Below are positions 11,717-22,566 of a stretch of 64,000 nt of DNA, one piece after another. The notes below the pieces were generated by a model. The model ran no database searches. It worked only from the letters and a program-made list of their open reading frames with translations, and had not been told where the DNA came from. The translations under genes and the position numbers were made by a program. Position 1 is the first letter of the stretch; each line of letters starts with the position of its first letter. Source of the DNA: Parvibaculum sp. (lineage in GTDB: Bacteria > Pseudomonadota > Alphaproteobacteria > Parvibaculales > Parvibaculaceae); the NCBI GenBank assembly GCA_040223265.1, contig JAVKCY010000022.1:47171-111170 (forward strand), in the 5' to 3' direction.

Positions 11717-12210
11717 GCGAGCCCGTCATCATCCAAGAAGTGGGACAATCTCACGCCGCCCTGATCGCAGCACTCCATGCGCAATGTTTTGACGAGACCC
11801 AGTCGGCACCCCAGTTGGCATCCCAGTCGGCATCCTGGTCGGCGTCAAATATCGCCTCCATGTTCGAGGCGCCGGGCCTGATCGCCCTTGTGGCACGTCG
11901 CGGAGATGTGCCACTCGGATTTGTTCTTGCCCGCTATATCGCAGGCGACGCCGAGATTTTGAGTGTCGGCGTTTTGCCCGAAGCGCGCGGCGCGGGCCTT
12001 GGGGAAACCCTGTTGGAGGGGCTGCACCACCAGCTGCAAGGTTTGGATGCAAAGGCCCGTATTCTGCTGGATGTGGCTGCCGATAATGGCCCGGCTCTCG
12101 CGCTTTATGCCAAAGCAGGCTATAGGCAGGTCGGGCACCGAAAGGCCTATTACCGCAGGACGAATGGGGTCTTCATCGATAGTCTTACCATGGTCCGCGA
12201 ACGCGCCTGA
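11713..12210 (+). CDS. rimI: RimI-like GNAT acetyltransferase
   Basis: AEILSVGVLPEARGAGLG, LDVAADNGPALALY, G-x-RKAYY; ATG overlaps the tsaB TGA. Confidence 0.85.
   Translation: MSEPVIIQEVGQSHAALIAALHAQCFDETQSAPQLASQSASWSASNIASMFEAPGLIALVARRGDVPLGFVLARYIAGDAEILSVGVLPEARGAGLGETLLEGLHHQLQGLDAKARILLDVAADNGPALALYAKAGYRQVGHRKAYYRRTNGVFIDSLTMVRERA
11798..11845 (+). repeat. in-frame 12-bp tandem repeat (4 units) inside rimI
   Basis: CCCAGTCGGCAC CCCAGTTGGCAT CCCAGTCGGCAT CCTGGTCGGCGT, encoding TQSAPQLASQSASWSA. Confidence 0.85.
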
Positions 12211-12297
12211 GAATTTAGGCGGAAAGAAGCTGCAAACGGTTCCGAAAAGGCTGGAATTGCTTTAATGTGGCCCTGATTTCCCGAAGGTGGGCGGCCA

Positions 12298-12786
12298 ATG
12301 TCTGGAATGGAAGTAATGACCGAAACAGAACGTGTAAATCCAGTTGAAGGTGATCCGGATCGGATTGAAAACCTGTGCGTCAAAAAAGGCATGCGGATGA
12401 CAGACCAGCGTCGCGTGATTGCGCGCGTCCTGTCGATGGCGGCTGACCATCCAGACGTGGAAGAGGTCTATCGCCGCTCATCTGCCGTGGATAACAAGAT
12501 TTCTATCGCAACCGTTTACCGCACTGTCCGTCTTTTTGAGGAAGCGGGCATTCTGGAACGGCATGATTTCCGCGATGGCCGGTCCCGCTATGAGCAGGTG
12601 ACGGAAGAGCATCATGACCATCTGATCAATCTGCAGACAGGGGAAGTGATCGAGTTCCATAATGATGAAATTGAGCGGCTGCAGCGCATTGTGGCGCGGG
12701 AGCTTGGTTTCAATCTGGTGGACCATCGTTTGGAGCTTTACGGCGTCCCGCTGGTGGACAGCAAGAAGGCGCCCAGTAACCGTTAA
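12298..12786 (+). CDS. fur: Fur/Mur-family metal-responsive regulator
   Basis: RMTDQRRVIA, DHPDVEE, SIATVYRTVRLFEE, EHHDHLI, HRLELYG. Confidence 0.92.
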   Translation: MSGMEVMTETERVNPVEGDPDRIENLCVKKGMRMTDQRRVIARVLSMAADHPDVEEVYRRSSAVDNKISIATVYRTVRLFEEAGILERHDFRDGRSRYEQVTEEHHDHLINLQTGEVIEFHNDEIERLQRIVARELGFNLVDHRLELYGVPLVDSKKAPSNR

Positions 12787-12830
12787 AGGCCAACCCCTAA
12801 TGTTGGACCGCTGACGGATGGGGCGAGAGG

Positions 12831-13766
12831 GTGTGCCTGGTGAAAAATGTGAGAGCAGGGGCAAAACTGGCGGCGTTCATTCTGGGCGCGCTCATCCTCA
12901 TTCCGGTTCAATGGGTCGGGCTGAAATTCAAGCTGCCTTATGCCAAGACGCTCCCGATCCGCTTCCACAAATATCTCTGCGCCGTCATCGGCATCAAAGT
13001 GGTGGTGCGCGGTACGCCTTATGAAGGTGCATGTCTTCTTGCCTCCAACCATAATTCCTATCTCGACATTCCGGTGCTGGGCTCGGTGAAGCCCCGCCTG
13101 TCATTTGTCGCAAAGAAGGAAGTGGCGGCCTGGCCCTTTTTCGGGACGTTGGCGCGGCTGCAGCAGACGGTTTTTGTCGACCGGGAACGCCGCACAAAGG
13201 CAGTGCAGACAGCAGGTGAAATCCATCAGCGGATTGCCAGTGGCGATACGCTGGTCCTTTTTCCGGAAGGGACCTCAAGCGACGGCAACCGGGTTCTGCC
13301 CTTCAAAAGCGCCCTCATGGTCGTCGCGCAAATGGCCGCCGGGACTGGCGAAGACGACAAGCCTGTTGTGGTTCAGCCCCTTTCTGTCACTTATACGAAA
13401 CTGTGCGGCATCCCGATGGGACGCCAGTTCCGCCCCTATTTTGCCTGGTATGGCGACATGGATCTGGGACCGCATCTCTGGGAGGCCTTCACTCTGGGGC
13501 CGTTCGATGTGGTGGTGGAGTTTCACGATCCCGTCACGCTGGACCGCCAGGGGGACCGGAAAAAACTCGCGGCCTATTGTGAGGCGCGGTCGGCTGAAGG
13601 TGTGTCCCGCGCCCTTTTGGGAGAGGTTTTGCCCCCGAAAGTGCCCAATTCGGGCCCGGACGCTAACCCGGAAACCAACCGCGAGCAGGAGCCTCAGGTC
13701 GTCGCTGCCGCAACACTGGCTTCAGCAGCGACCAGCGGCGAGAAAGCCGCCATCAACGCCGAATAG
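12831..13766 (+). CDS. lysophospholipid acyltransferase (PlsC/OlsA family)
   Basis: NH-x4-D (NHNSYLD), FVAKKEV, LFPEGTSSDG; conserved fur-plsC-miaB order. Confidence 0.9.
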   Translation: MCLVKNVRAGAKLAAFILGALILIPVQWVGLKFKLPYAKTLPIRFHKYLCAVIGIKVVVRGTPYEGACLLASNHNSYLDIPVLGSVKPRLSFVAKKEVAAWPFFGTLARLQQTVFVDRERRTKAVQTAGEIHQRIASGDTLVLFPEGTSSDGNRVLPFKSALMVVAQMAAGTGEDDKPVVVQPLSVTYTKLCGIPMGRQFRPYFAWYGDMDLGPHLWEAFTLGPFDVVVEFHDPVTLDRQGDRKKLAAYCEARSAEGVSRALLGEVLPPKVPNSGPDANPETNREQEPQVVAAATLASAATSGEKAAINAE

Positions 13767-13867
13767 GTGTGAGCGATCAGCATCCCCCATGGTAATCTGA
13801 TCATAATGGCTCTATATGAGCCGCATTGATATTTGGGCCTAACCAAGCGGAGTGAAAAGCGCCAACA

Positions 13868-15409
13868 GTGGCTGAGCATGTGAGTGAGACCCTGACCCAA
13901 AAACCGAACCAAATTCAGGACCAAAACCCGGATTTGACATCTGGCGCGACCGGTGGCGCGACCGGGCTTCCATCCCACGACGCAGATGTTGGCACAACTG
14001 TGGGCGAGCCATCTCGGAAAGTCTTCATCAAAACCTATGGCTGCCAGATGAATGTCTATGACAGTGGTCGTATGGCAGACGTTCTGGCACCTGCGGGTTA
14101 TAGCGAAACGCAAGAAGTGGCAGAGGCGGATCTCGTGATCCTCAATACCTGCCACATTCGCGAGAAGGCGGCTGAAAAAGTCTATTCCGAACTGGGACGC
14201 CTGCGCAAATTGCGTGACCAAAAGGAAGCGGCCGGCGGCAAGATGCTGATAGGCGTCGCTGGTTGCGTGGCACAGGCGGAAGGCGAAGAGATGGTGCGCC
14301 GTGCGCCCATGGTTGATCTCGTATTCGGCCCCCAATCCTATCATCGTCTGCCGGAGCTTTTGACCCGCACCTCCAACGGTGCGAAAGGGATTGTCGAAAC
14401 CGACTTCCCGGTGGAAGACAAGTTTGATGCGCTGCCTGCAGCCGAAAAAAAGAAGACCATTGCCAGAGGGCGCACGGCCTTCCTCACGGTTCAGGAAGGC
14501 TGCGACAAGTTCTGCGCCTTCTGTGTTGTGCCCTATACACGTGGCTCAGAGTTTTCGAGGCCCGCGTCTCGCATTCTTGAAGAGGCGCAAACACTGGTGG
14601 ATGGCGGCGTCGCCGAGATGACGCTGCTGGGTCAGAACGTGAACGCTTATCACGGGCGCGGGTCAGATGGTAAAGACTGGTCACTCGGTCGTCTTATTCG
14701 CGCGCTCGCCGACATGGATGGGCTTGATCGCCTGCGCTACACAACAAGCCATCCCCGGGACATGGATGATGAGCTGATCGAAGCGCATCGTGACATCGAA
14801 AAATTGATGCCCTATCTGCATCTGCCGGTACAGGCGGGTTCGGATCGCATTCTGGAGGCGATGAACCGCCAGCACGATGCCGCAACCTATCTGAAACTCA
14901 TTGAGCGCATCCGCAGGGCACGGCCCGACATTGCTTTGTCGTCCGACTTCATTGTGGGTTTCCCCGGCGAGACAGAGGCGGATTTTGAGGCGACCCTCGC
15001 GATCGTGGATGAGGTGCGTTATGCGCAGGCCTATTCATTCAAATATTCACCGCGCCCGGGCACACCGGCCGCCGGGGATGGAGAGCAGGTTCCAGAGGAC
15101 ATAAAGACCGAACGTCTTGTGCGCTTGCAAGAACGCATCGCCTTCCATCAGCTCGCCTTCAACAAAAGCTGCGAAGGCAAGACAATGCGTGTTCTGTTTG
15201 ATCGGCGCGGCAAGCGCGATGGCCAATTGATCGGTCGCAGCCCCTTCCTGCAATCGGTCTATGTGAAGGCCCCCGAAACATTGTTTGGTGGGTTTGCAGA
15301 CGTCACTGTTATCAACGGGTATGCAAACTCAATGGAAGCTGTTCTTCTTGACCCTAAGTCGGTCACATCGCCCAAGCTGGTCGCATCAAAAGGAGCCCTC
15401 CACTCTTGA
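13868..15409 (+). CDS. miaB: tRNA-2-methylthio-N6-dimethylallyladenosine synthase
   Basis: [21 protein letters not shown], radical-SAM [12 protein letters not shown] domain; start uncertain (GTG 13868 or 14000). Confidence 0.96.
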   Translation: MAEHVSETLTQKPNQIQDQNPDLTSGATGGATGLPSHDADVGTTVGEPSRKVFIKTYGCQMNVYDSGRMADVLAPAGYSETQEVAEADLVILNTCHIREKAAEKVYSELGRLRKLRDQKEAAGGKMLIGVAGCVAQAEGEEMVRRAPMVDLVFGPQSYHRLPELLTRTSNGAKGIVETDFPVEDKFDALPAAEKKKTIARGRTAFLTVQEGCDKFCAFCVVPYTRGSEFSRPASRILEEAQTLVDGGVAEMTLLGQNVNAYHGRGSDGKDWSLGRLIRALADMDGLDRLRYTTSHPRDMDDELIEAHRDIEKLMPYLHLPVQAGSDRILEAMNRQHDAATYLKLIERIRRARPDIALSSDFIVGFPGETEADFEATLAIVDEVRYAQAYSFKYSPRPGTPAAGDGEQVPEDIKTERLVRLQERIAFHQLAFNKSCEGKTMRVLFDRRGKRDGQLIGRSPFLQSVYVKAPETLFGGFADVTVINGYANSMEAVLLDPKSVTSPKLVASKGALHS

Positions 15410-16440
15410 ACCAAGTGAGCAGAGGACGACGTGAAGACAAGAAGGCAAGCCTCATCATTGGCTTTGATGACAATCATCTGCTGAGCGAATTGTTTGGCTC
15501 CAATGGCAGCCATCTGGCCCGTCTTGAGAGCGCCTTCGGTATTTCCGTCAACTCTCGCGGGAACGAGCTTGTGGTCACAGGCACCGCCGACGCGCGTGCC
15601 CGTGCCGAAACCGTCATCAAGGACTTGTATGCACGGTTGAAGTCAGGCCTCGAAGTAACGGCCGCTGAAGTGGAAGGAGCGGTTCGCATGGCGAATGCCC
15701 CCAAGAAAGAACAAGCCCGTGGTTCAGGCGCAAACAAGAAATTGCAGGTGACAACCCGCAAGCGTGTCATTTCACCGCGTTCGCCGACACAAGGGGCTTA
15801 CATCGAAGCCTTGATGGAGAACGAACTTGTTTTCGGTGTCGGCCCCGCTGGCACCGGCAAGACCTATCTGTCGGTCGTCGTCGCGGTTTCCATGTTGATC
15901 CAGAAAAAAGTCGACCGCATCATTCTGTCGCGCCCGGCGGTGGAAGCGGGAGAGCGACTTGGCTTCTTGCCCGGCGATCTGCGCGAGAAGATCGACCCTT
16001 ATCTGCGCCCGCTTTATGATGCCCTCTATGACACCTTGCCGGGGGAAGAGGTGATGGCGAGCATTGAAAGTGGGGAGATCGAGGTCGCGCCCCTCGCTTT
16101 CATGCGCGGACGGACTCTCGCCAATTCTTTCGTCATTCTGGATGAGGCGCAGAACTGTACTCCGGTGCAGATGAAAATGTTCCTGACCCGGCTTGGCGAA
16201 AACAGCCGCATGGCCATCACGGGCGACCCGAGCCAGGTTGATCTGCCAATGGGCGCGAAGTCAGGCCTCGCCGACGCGTTGAGTGTGCTGGAAGGCGTGA
16301 AGGGGGTGGAGACCATCCGCTTCACAGACCAGGACGTGGTGCGTCATCCGCTCGTGACCCGGATCGTGCAGGCCTACGGTGTTCGGGAAAAAGGATTGCT
16401 GGACCGGGTGGCACCCAAAAAACAAGGGCCGGTTTCGTGA
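15406..16440 (+). CDS. phoH: PhoH-family ATPase (YbeZ)
   Basis: [49 protein letters not shown]. Confidence 0.95.
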   Translation: MNQVSRGRREDKKASLIIGFDDNHLLSELFGSNGSHLARLESAFGISVNSRGNELVVTGTADARARAETVIKDLYARLKSGLEVTAAEVEGAVRMANAPKKEQARGSGANKKLQVTTRKRVISPRSPTQGAYIEALMENELVFGVGPAGTGKTYLSVVVAVSMLIQKKVDRIILSRPAVEAGERLGFLPGDLREKIDPYLRPLYDALYDTLPGEEVMASIESGEIEVAPLAFMRGRTLANSFVILDEAQNCTPVQMKMFLTRLGENSRMAITGDPSQVDLPMGAKSGLADALSVLEGVKGVETIRFTDQDVVRHPLVTRIVQAYGVREKGLLDRVAPKKQGPVS

Positions 16441-17009
16441 CGCGTGACGGGGCACCAAAAGCGCGACCGGTGCGTCATCTGGACGTTGAAATATCAAAGG
16501 GCGCAGGCGACTGGGACGTAGCGGCGGAGGAGATCATGCTTCGCGTCGCGCAAATGACCTATGATCTGGGCGCCTCGGACCAGGCAGGGGCCGCAGAACT
16601 GAGCATCCTTCTGGCAGATGACGAATTTGTGCGCACGCTCAACCGTAAATATCGCGGCCAGGACAAGCCAACCAACGTCCTTTCGTTTCCGCAATTGCTC
16701 GGGTCAGCCGATCCTCATTTTGGCGGTGTTCTGCCCTTGGGTGATATAGTGCTGGCGCATGAAACTTTGGTGCGCGAAGCCAGCGAACAAGGTAAGACTT
16801 TTGATGATCATCTGGCGCATCTCGTGGCGCATGGCGTCCTCCATCTGATGGGCTATGATCACGAGGAGAACGAGACGGAGGCAGAGGAGATGGAAAGCAT
16901 GGAACGTGTTATTCTTGCGCGTTTTGAAATTGCTGACCCCTATGCCTGCGAAAGTGACGATGAAAATGGACAGAAAGGCGTGCCGGCTGGTGCGGAAAAA
17001 ACGAAATGA
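16437..17009 (+). CDS. ybeY: endoribonuclease YbeY
   Basis: LNRKYRGQDKPTNVLSF, HGVLHLMGYDH. Confidence 0.95.
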   Translation: MTRDGAPKARPVRHLDVEISKGAGDWDVAAEEIMLRVAQMTYDLGASDQAGAAELSILLADDEFVRTLNRKYRGQDKPTNVLSFPQLLGSADPHFGGVLPLGDIVLAHETLVREASEQGKTFDDHLAHLVAHGVLHLMGYDHEENETEAEEMESMERVILARFEIADPYACESDDENGQKGVPAGAEKTK

Positions 17010-18010
17010 GCGATGCGGCAGGCCCACAAGCGAGCGAACAGGCAGAGGCAAAACCTGGCCTCTGGACGCGTATGGTTGCGAGGCTGGCAAACCTCTTTTC
17101 GAGCGGTGATGGCAATCGCGCAACCTTGCGTGAAAGCATTGAGACCGCACTGGGTGGCCACGAGGCAGCGCTAGAAGATCTCGGTCCGCAGGCCCGTCAC
17201 ATGTTCATGAACATTCTCTCCTTCACTGAACTCAGAGTGGATGATGTCATGGTCCCTCGCGCCGATATTATCGCGGTCGATGTGTCGGCCTCACTTGATG
17301 CGGTGCTCGCCCTCACCCAGGAAGAGAGCCATTCGCGCATGCCGCTTTACCGGGAAAATCTTGATGAGCCGATCGGCATGGTTCACATCAAGGATGTTCT
17401 GGGCTGGATGACATCGCACAGGAATGACCGGGAGACTTTTGATCTGCGCACGGTGCGTCGCCCGGTGCTCTTTGTCCCGCCTTCGATGCCTGCGAGTGAT
17501 CTTCTTTTGAAGATGCAATCCTCACGCATACATATGGCCCTTGTGGTGGATGAATATGGCGGGACTGATGGTCTTGTCTCCATCGAAGACCTGGTCGAAG
17601 AGATTGTGGGTGACATTGAGGACGAGCATGACGTGGCTGAGCGACCGTCATTGGTCGAGAGCGCAGACGGCTCTATCGATGCACTTGCCCGCGCGCCGAT
17701 TGAAGATCTTGAGGAAATGCTGGGTCTTACCCTCATTGATCCTGATACGGATGATGACGCGGATACGCTTGGCGGGCTGGTCTTTCAGCTCGTTGGCCGC
17801 ATTCCGCAGCGCGGAGAGCTTATCATGCACCCCGCCGGTATTGAATTTGAAGTGAAGGAAGCCGATCCTCGCCGCATCAAGCGTCTTCGTGTGCATCGTG
17901 ATGCGGCGGCGCGAACAAAAAAGGCTGAAGAAACCGCACCGCCCGCTGCGCCGGGAAATGAGCCCGTGACACCACCCACCAGCCATGAAGCGACGCATGC
18001 GAAAGACTAA
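17006..18010 (+). CDS. corC: HlyC/CorC-family CBS-domain protein
   Basis: DVMVPRADI, HSRMPLY, VVDEYGGTDGLVSIEDLVEEIVGDIEDEHD, CorC C-domain. Confidence 0.9.
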   Translation: MSDAAGPQASEQAEAKPGLWTRMVARLANLFSSGDGNRATLRESIETALGGHEAALEDLGPQARHMFMNILSFTELRVDDVMVPRADIIAVDVSASLDAVLALTQEESHSRMPLYRENLDEPIGMVHIKDVLGWMTSHRNDRETFDLRTVRRPVLFVPPSMPASDLLLKMQSSRIHMALVVDEYGGTDGLVSIEDLVEEIVGDIEDEHDVAERPSLVESADGSIDALARAPIEDLEEMLGLTLIDPDTDDDADTLGGLVFQLVGRIPQRGELIMHPAGIEFEVKEADPRRIKRLRVHRDAAARTKKAEETAPPAAPGNEPVTPPTSHEATHAKD

Positions 18011-19691
18011 GACAACGCCAGCTCTGACGGAAAGAGCCTCCGAGATTGTAGAACAGGTCCTCGCCCGCGCTGAGCGGGCCTCGCTTTATCTTTATGGCCT
18101 GGCCGGTTGGAAACGGCTTTTAGCAGCCTTTGCCCTTGGCGTCCTCTCCGTTGCCGCTCAACCCCCATTCGAGCTTTTTGCGGCTCTCGCCTTCACACTT
18201 CCCGCGCTGGTCTGGCTCTTGGATGGGACGGGCGAGCCTTCAAAAGAAAACTGGCGCGCCGCGCGCCGCGCGGCCGCGATCGGTTGGTGGTTTGGCTTTG
18301 GCTATTTCTTTGCATCACTCTATTGGATCGGCGAAGCCTTTCTGGTGGAGGCCGACACATTTGGCTGGATGCTGCCCTTTGCTGTGACGGGATTGCCGGC
18401 GGGCCTGGGGTTCTTCACCGCAATAGCCTTTGCGGTTGCGCGCTTCTTCTGGGGCAAGGGTGTGAGCCGTGTACTGGTCCTTGCGCTCGCATGGACCGTG
18501 GCTGAGTGGCTGCGCGGGCATATTCTGACCGGGCTCCCTTGGAACCTTTTGGGTCAGGTTGCAGCCGCATCCGATGCGCTCATGCAAAGTGCTGCGCTTT
18601 TTGGCGTGTATGGGCTCACGCTCGTTCTGCTGCTGGTCTTTCTCTCACCTGCTGCGTTTGATCCACGGCTGAGCACCAAGGACAAGGCCTATACCTGGAA
18701 GCTGGATGCTGTCGGCAGGCCGGTCCTGATTGCTTATCTCTCCCTCATGCTTTTGTGGTTAGGTGGGGCGATGCGGCTCGCAGCGTCAGAGGCTGCGTTC
18801 GTGGAGGGGGTGACGCTTCGTCTTGTCCAGCCGAACGTCGAGCAGCAGGCGAAATGGCTGACGGAAAACCGTCAGGAAATTTTAGGTCTCTTTCTGCGAA
18901 TGAGCGATGAGGCACCGAAAGAGGGCCCGGAGCCCACCCATATTTTGTGGCCTGAATCGGCGATCCCGTTTCTGGTGGACCGCGAACCTGTCATCCGCTC
19001 TGCGATTTCGCGCATATTAAGCCCCGGTGGTGTTTTGATGCTTGGCTCTGTTCGCGGTGAAGCGGATCCATCGTCGGTTTTGAGCCCCAATGCGCGGCCA
19101 ACCATGCGCTTTTACAATTCATTCTATGTCATGGGTCCGGACGGTGAAATTCGCTCAACCTATGACAAGGCCCATCTCGTCCCGTTCGGGGAATATTTGC
19201 CGCTCCAGAACCTGTTGGAGGCAATCGGCCTGCAACAATTGACCAGATTACGTGGCGGCTATCACACCGGCACGGGCCCCATGACGTTGCAGGTGCCAGG
19301 TGCGCCCGCGGTGAGCCCGCTCATCTGTTATGAAATTATCTTTCCGGGTCGCTCGGTTGGGGCAGAACGCCCCGGCTGGATTGCAAATGTTACCAATGAT
19401 GCATGGTTCGGTCAGTCGGCGGGCCCCTATCAGCATCTGGCACAGGCGCGGCTCAGATCGGTGGAACAAGGATTGCCGGTCGCACGCGCTGCCAATACCG
19501 GTATCTCCGCGATGATCGACCCCTATGGCCGGGTATTAAATTCAATCCCACTCAACACAGTAGGTGTGTTGGATACGCGCCTTCCCGAAGCGCTGCCTGC
19601 TCCCCTTTATGCCCGTGTCGGCGATCTCGTTTTCTTTTTTATGATTGCGGGGCTTATTGTTTTGGTGCGACTGACATTCAATCGATTGTGA
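17985..19691 (+). CDS. lnt: apolipoprotein N-acyltransferase
   Basis: VQPN, WPESA, YDKAHLVPFGEY, LICYE, TNDAWFG, RAANTGIS; exact start uncertain. Confidence 0.95.
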   Translation: MKRRMRKTKTTPALTERASEIVEQVLARAERASLYLYGLAGWKRLLAAFALGVLSVAAQPPFELFAALAFTLPALVWLLDGTGEPSKENWRAARRAAAIGWWFGFGYFFASLYWIGEAFLVEADTFGWMLPFAVTGLPAGLGFFTAIAFAVARFFWGKGVSRVLVLALAWTVAEWLRGHILTGLPWNLLGQVAAASDALMQSAALFGVYGLTLVLLLVFLSPAAFDPRLSTKDKAYTWKLDAVGRPVLIAYLSLMLLWLGGAMRLAASEAAFVEGVTLRLVQPNVEQQAKWLTENRQEILGLFLRMSDEAPKEGPEPTHILWPESAIPFLVDREPVIRSAISRILSPGGVLMLGSVRGEADPSSVLSPNARPTMRFYNSFYVMGPDGEIRSTYDKAHLVPFGEYLPLQNLLEAIGLQQLTRLRGGYHTGTGPMTLQVPGAPAVSPLICYEIIFPGRSVGAERPGWIANVTNDAWFGQSAGPYQHLAQARLRSVEQGLPVARAANTGISAMIDPYGRVLNSIPLNTVGVLDTRLPEALPAPLYARVGDLVFFFMIAGLIVLVRLTFNRL

Positions 19692-19767
19692 ACCAGACCG
19701 CTTGTTTGCGTCCGCCAAGCTTTGCTTCGGTTCAATTAAGTGAAAGAAGTCCTTCACCGTGTCGCAA

Positions 19768-19793
19768 AACATACTAACTTATAGTTGTATGTT
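19768..19793. promoter_or_regulatory. imperfect palindrome, candidate operator upstream of the XRE regulator
   Basis: AACATAC-TAACTTATAGTT-GTATGTT in an AT-rich spacer. Confidence 0.4.
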
Positions 19794-19955
19794 GGTTGCG
19801 AATCGCCAATCTGGACTTGATGCCAGCTTGACGAGAGAATTCAGGATGACTTACAAGGTTAATATCAACATCTACTATTTGGCGACTTGAACTACCTTAA
19901 GGTCATAAAGACATTCCGGCTTTAATACTAAATAACTATTTTGAGAGGGTATGTT

Positions 19956-20390
19956 TTGACGCGTAAATTACCAAACCCGATTGATGTCCATGTCGGGAGT
20001 CGTGTGCGGATGCGCAGGATGCTCATTGGCATGAGCCAGGAGCGTTTGGGCGATCAATTAGGCCTCACCTTTCAACAAGTCCAAAAATACGAAAAAGGCG
20101 CAAACAGGATCGGGGCCAGTCGGCTTTACCAGATTGCGCGGACCCTGGATGTCCCGGTTGATTATTTTTATGATGGGCTGGATCTGGCTGATGCAGACGA
20201 GCAAGGAGGCTTTTCTGAAGCGCCTGTGAGCAGCTTCAACCTTGATATGCTCTCAACATCCGAGGGTATTCAGCTCAACAGCGCCTTCTTTTCAATCGCC
20301 GATGCCGAAACCCGCAAACGCTTGCTGGAGCTGATGAAAGCCATGGCAGAACAATCTGTGAGCAGCGAAGCCGCCAACGGCGAGGCCTGA
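19956..20390 (+). CDS. XRE-family HTH transcriptional regulator
   Basis: PNPIDVHVGSRVRMRR, SQERLG, TFQQVQKYEKGANRI; conserved lnt-XRE-metK position; TTG 19956 follows GAGGG. Confidence 0.92.
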   Translation: MTRKLPNPIDVHVGSRVRMRRMLIGMSQERLGDQLGLTFQQVQKYEKGANRIGASRLYQIARTLDVPVDYFYDGLDLADADEQGGFSEAPVSSFNLDMLSTSEGIQLNSAFFSIADAETRKRLLELMKAMAEQSVSSEAANGEA

Positions 20391-20438
20391 TTTTCTGTAG
20401 CGGTGGAAGGGTAGACAGCGGCTTTTGGCTTAACTTAC

Positions 20439-20469
20439 TTGACGCCCCGTCCAATCCTTGCAAAAACTC
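20439..20469 (+). promoter_or_regulatory. sigma70-type promoter of metK
   Basis: TTGACG followed by GCAAAAAC, resembling the Caulobacter-type GCTANAWC -10. Confidence 0.45.
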
Positions 20470-20540
20470 AGCCCGCGCCGGTTCCGGCGCGCACCCTGCC
20501 CGGCCCCGTCAGAAGGGCAGCATCACTGGGAGACTTAAGC

Positions 20541-21710
20541 GTGGCGAGAAAAGACTATCTGTTCACGAGTGAATCCGTATCTGAAGGTCACCCTGATAAG
20601 GTGTGTGATCGCATTTCTGATGCGGTGTTGGATACCTATCTGGCCGCAGATCCACAAGCCCGTGTGGCCTGCGAAACCCTGACCACGACCAATCGTATCG
20701 TGCTCGCCGGTGAGGTTCGCGGACCCGCATCAATCACCCCTGAGATGATTGAACAGGTCGCCCGTGACGCGGTGAAGGACATTGGGTACGAGCAGGATGG
20801 CTTCCATTGGAAGAATGCGGATGTGTCTGTCTATCTGCACGCCCAGTCTGCGCATATTGCACAAGGCGTCGACGCGACCGGCAACAAGGATGAAGGCGCT
20901 GGCGATCAGGGCATCATGTTTGGCTACGCCTGTCGTGAAACCCCGGTGCTGATGCCGGCCCCGATTTATTATTCTCACCTGATCCTGAAGCGCATGGCAG
21001 AACTGCGCCACTCCGGCAAGGTGAAGGGATTTGGTCCCGATGCGAAAAGCCAGGTCACACTGAAATATGTGGATGGCAAACCGGTTGGTGCGACCTCAGT
21101 TGTGGTGTCAACCCAGCATGATGAAGGCCTGACCCAGGCTGATATCCGCGAACTTGTCCGCCCGGTGGTCAATGAAATTCTCCCCGAAGGGTGGATGTGC
21201 GCGGAAGACGAGTTTTATGTGAACCCGACCGGCATTTTTGTGATCGGTGGTCCTGATGGAGACGCAGGTCTCACAGGTCGCAAGATCATTGTCGATACGT
21301 ATGGCGGCGCGGCCCCGCATGGTGGTGGCGCCTTCTCCGGCAAGGATCCAACCAAAGTTGATCGTTCAGCCGCTTATGCTGCGCGCTATCTTGCAAAGAA
21401 CGTGGTCGCTGCAAATCTTGCGGATCGCTGTACAATCCAACTTGCTTATGCGATCGGCGTGTCAAAGCCACTCTCGATCTATGTAGATACACATGGCACC
21501 GGCAAAGTCGATGAAGCCGCTCTAGAGATCGCGGTGAGCAAGGCCATGGATCTGAGCCCGCGCGGTATTCGTGAGCATCTGTCGCTCAACCGGCCGATCT
21601 ATGCCCGCACTGCAGCCTATGGCCATTTTGGCCGTGAGCCGGAAGCCGATGGCGGCTTCTCGTGGGAGAAAACCGATCTCGTCGATGCTATCAGCAAGGC
21701 GCTTCCCTAA
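20541..21710 (+). CDS. metK: S-adenosylmethionine synthetase
   Basis: [43 protein letters not shown]; GTG 20541 follows GGGAGA. Confidence 0.98.
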   Translation: MARKDYLFTSESVSEGHPDKVCDRISDAVLDTYLAADPQARVACETLTTTNRIVLAGEVRGPASITPEMIEQVARDAVKDIGYEQDGFHWKNADVSVYLHAQSAHIAQGVDATGNKDEGAGDQGIMFGYACRETPVLMPAPIYYSHLILKRMAELRHSGKVKGFGPDAKSQVTLKYVDGKPVGATSVVVSTQHDEGLTQADIRELVRPVVNEILPEGWMCAEDEFYVNPTGIFVIGGPDGDAGLTGRKIIVDTYGGAAPHGGGAFSGKDPTKVDRSAAYAARYLAKNVVAANLADRCTIQLAYAIGVSKPLSIYVDTHGTGKVDEAALEIAVSKAMDLSPRGIREHLSLNRPIYARTAAYGHFGREPEADGGFSWEKTDLVDAISKALP

Positions 21711-21728
21711 GCACCTATCGGACAAGAC

Positions 21729-22499
21729 GTGACAAACGAACAAGACCAGAAGCCGCCATCCGCGGAATTTTCCCGCCGGCGGCTTCTTTATGGCCGCCGC
21801 AAGGGCCATACGCTCAGAGCCCACCATGATGATCTGATGGCAACGCTGTTGCCGAAAATCTGTGTGCCCGAAGAAGGCCCGCTCAAGGACCCGCGAAAGC
21901 TTTTTTCAAGCAGCCCGAAGGAGGTCTGGCTCGAGATCGGTTTCGGCGGTGGGGAGCATTTGGTGGCACAGGCCGCCACAAACCCAGACATCGGCATGAT
22001 CGGCTGCGAACCTTTCGTCAATGGCGTTGCGAAACTCCTGAGCGAAGTGGAAGGCCGCGGACTGACCAACATCCGCATTCATCCAAATGATGCCCGCGAT
22101 GTGCTGGAGCGCTTGGGCGAGGCTTCAATTACCCGCGCCTTCCTGCTTTTTCCTGATCCATGGCAAAAAAAACGCCACCATAAGCGCCGTTTCGTCTCAG
22201 CTGAAACGCTGGATGAGCTGGCACGCGTTCTGGTGGATGGGGGCGAATTTAGGGTCGCGACGGACATAAAACACTATTCTCGTTGGACCTTGCGGGAGAT
22301 CCGGGATCACGGCGTGTTCTCCTGGATTGCTGAAAAACCGTCCGATTGGCGGGTCCGTGCCGATGACTGGCCGGGAACCCGGTATGAGGCCAAGGCCGTT
22401 CGGGAGGGCCGTCAGCCGGTCTATCTCAAGTTCAGGCGGGCACCGCGCCCAGAACGTGCCCAAAAGCCGGAAACAGCCAAAAAACCAGAAAGCGCTTGA
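21729..22499 (+). CDS. trmB: tRNA (guanine-N7)-methyltransferase
   Basis: LEIGFGGGEHL, FPDPWQKKRHHKRR, TRYEAKA. Confidence 0.95.
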   Translation: MTNEQDQKPPSAEFSRRRLLYGRRKGHTLRAHHDDLMATLLPKICVPEEGPLKDPRKLFSSSPKEVWLEIGFGGGEHLVAQAATNPDIGMIGCEPFVNGVAKLLSEVEGRGLTNIRIHPNDARDVLERLGEASITRAFLLFPDPWQKKRHHKRRFVSAETLDELARVLVDGGEFRVATDIKHYSRWTLREIRDHGVFSWIAEKPSDWRVRADDWPGTRYEAKAVREGRQPVYLKFRRAPRPERAQKPETAKKPESA

Positions 22500-22566
22500 A
22501 AAAAGGAAGCGTTCGGGCGTAATGTCCGCCTGACTTTAGACATAGCTGACATTCGTCGGATTGTAG

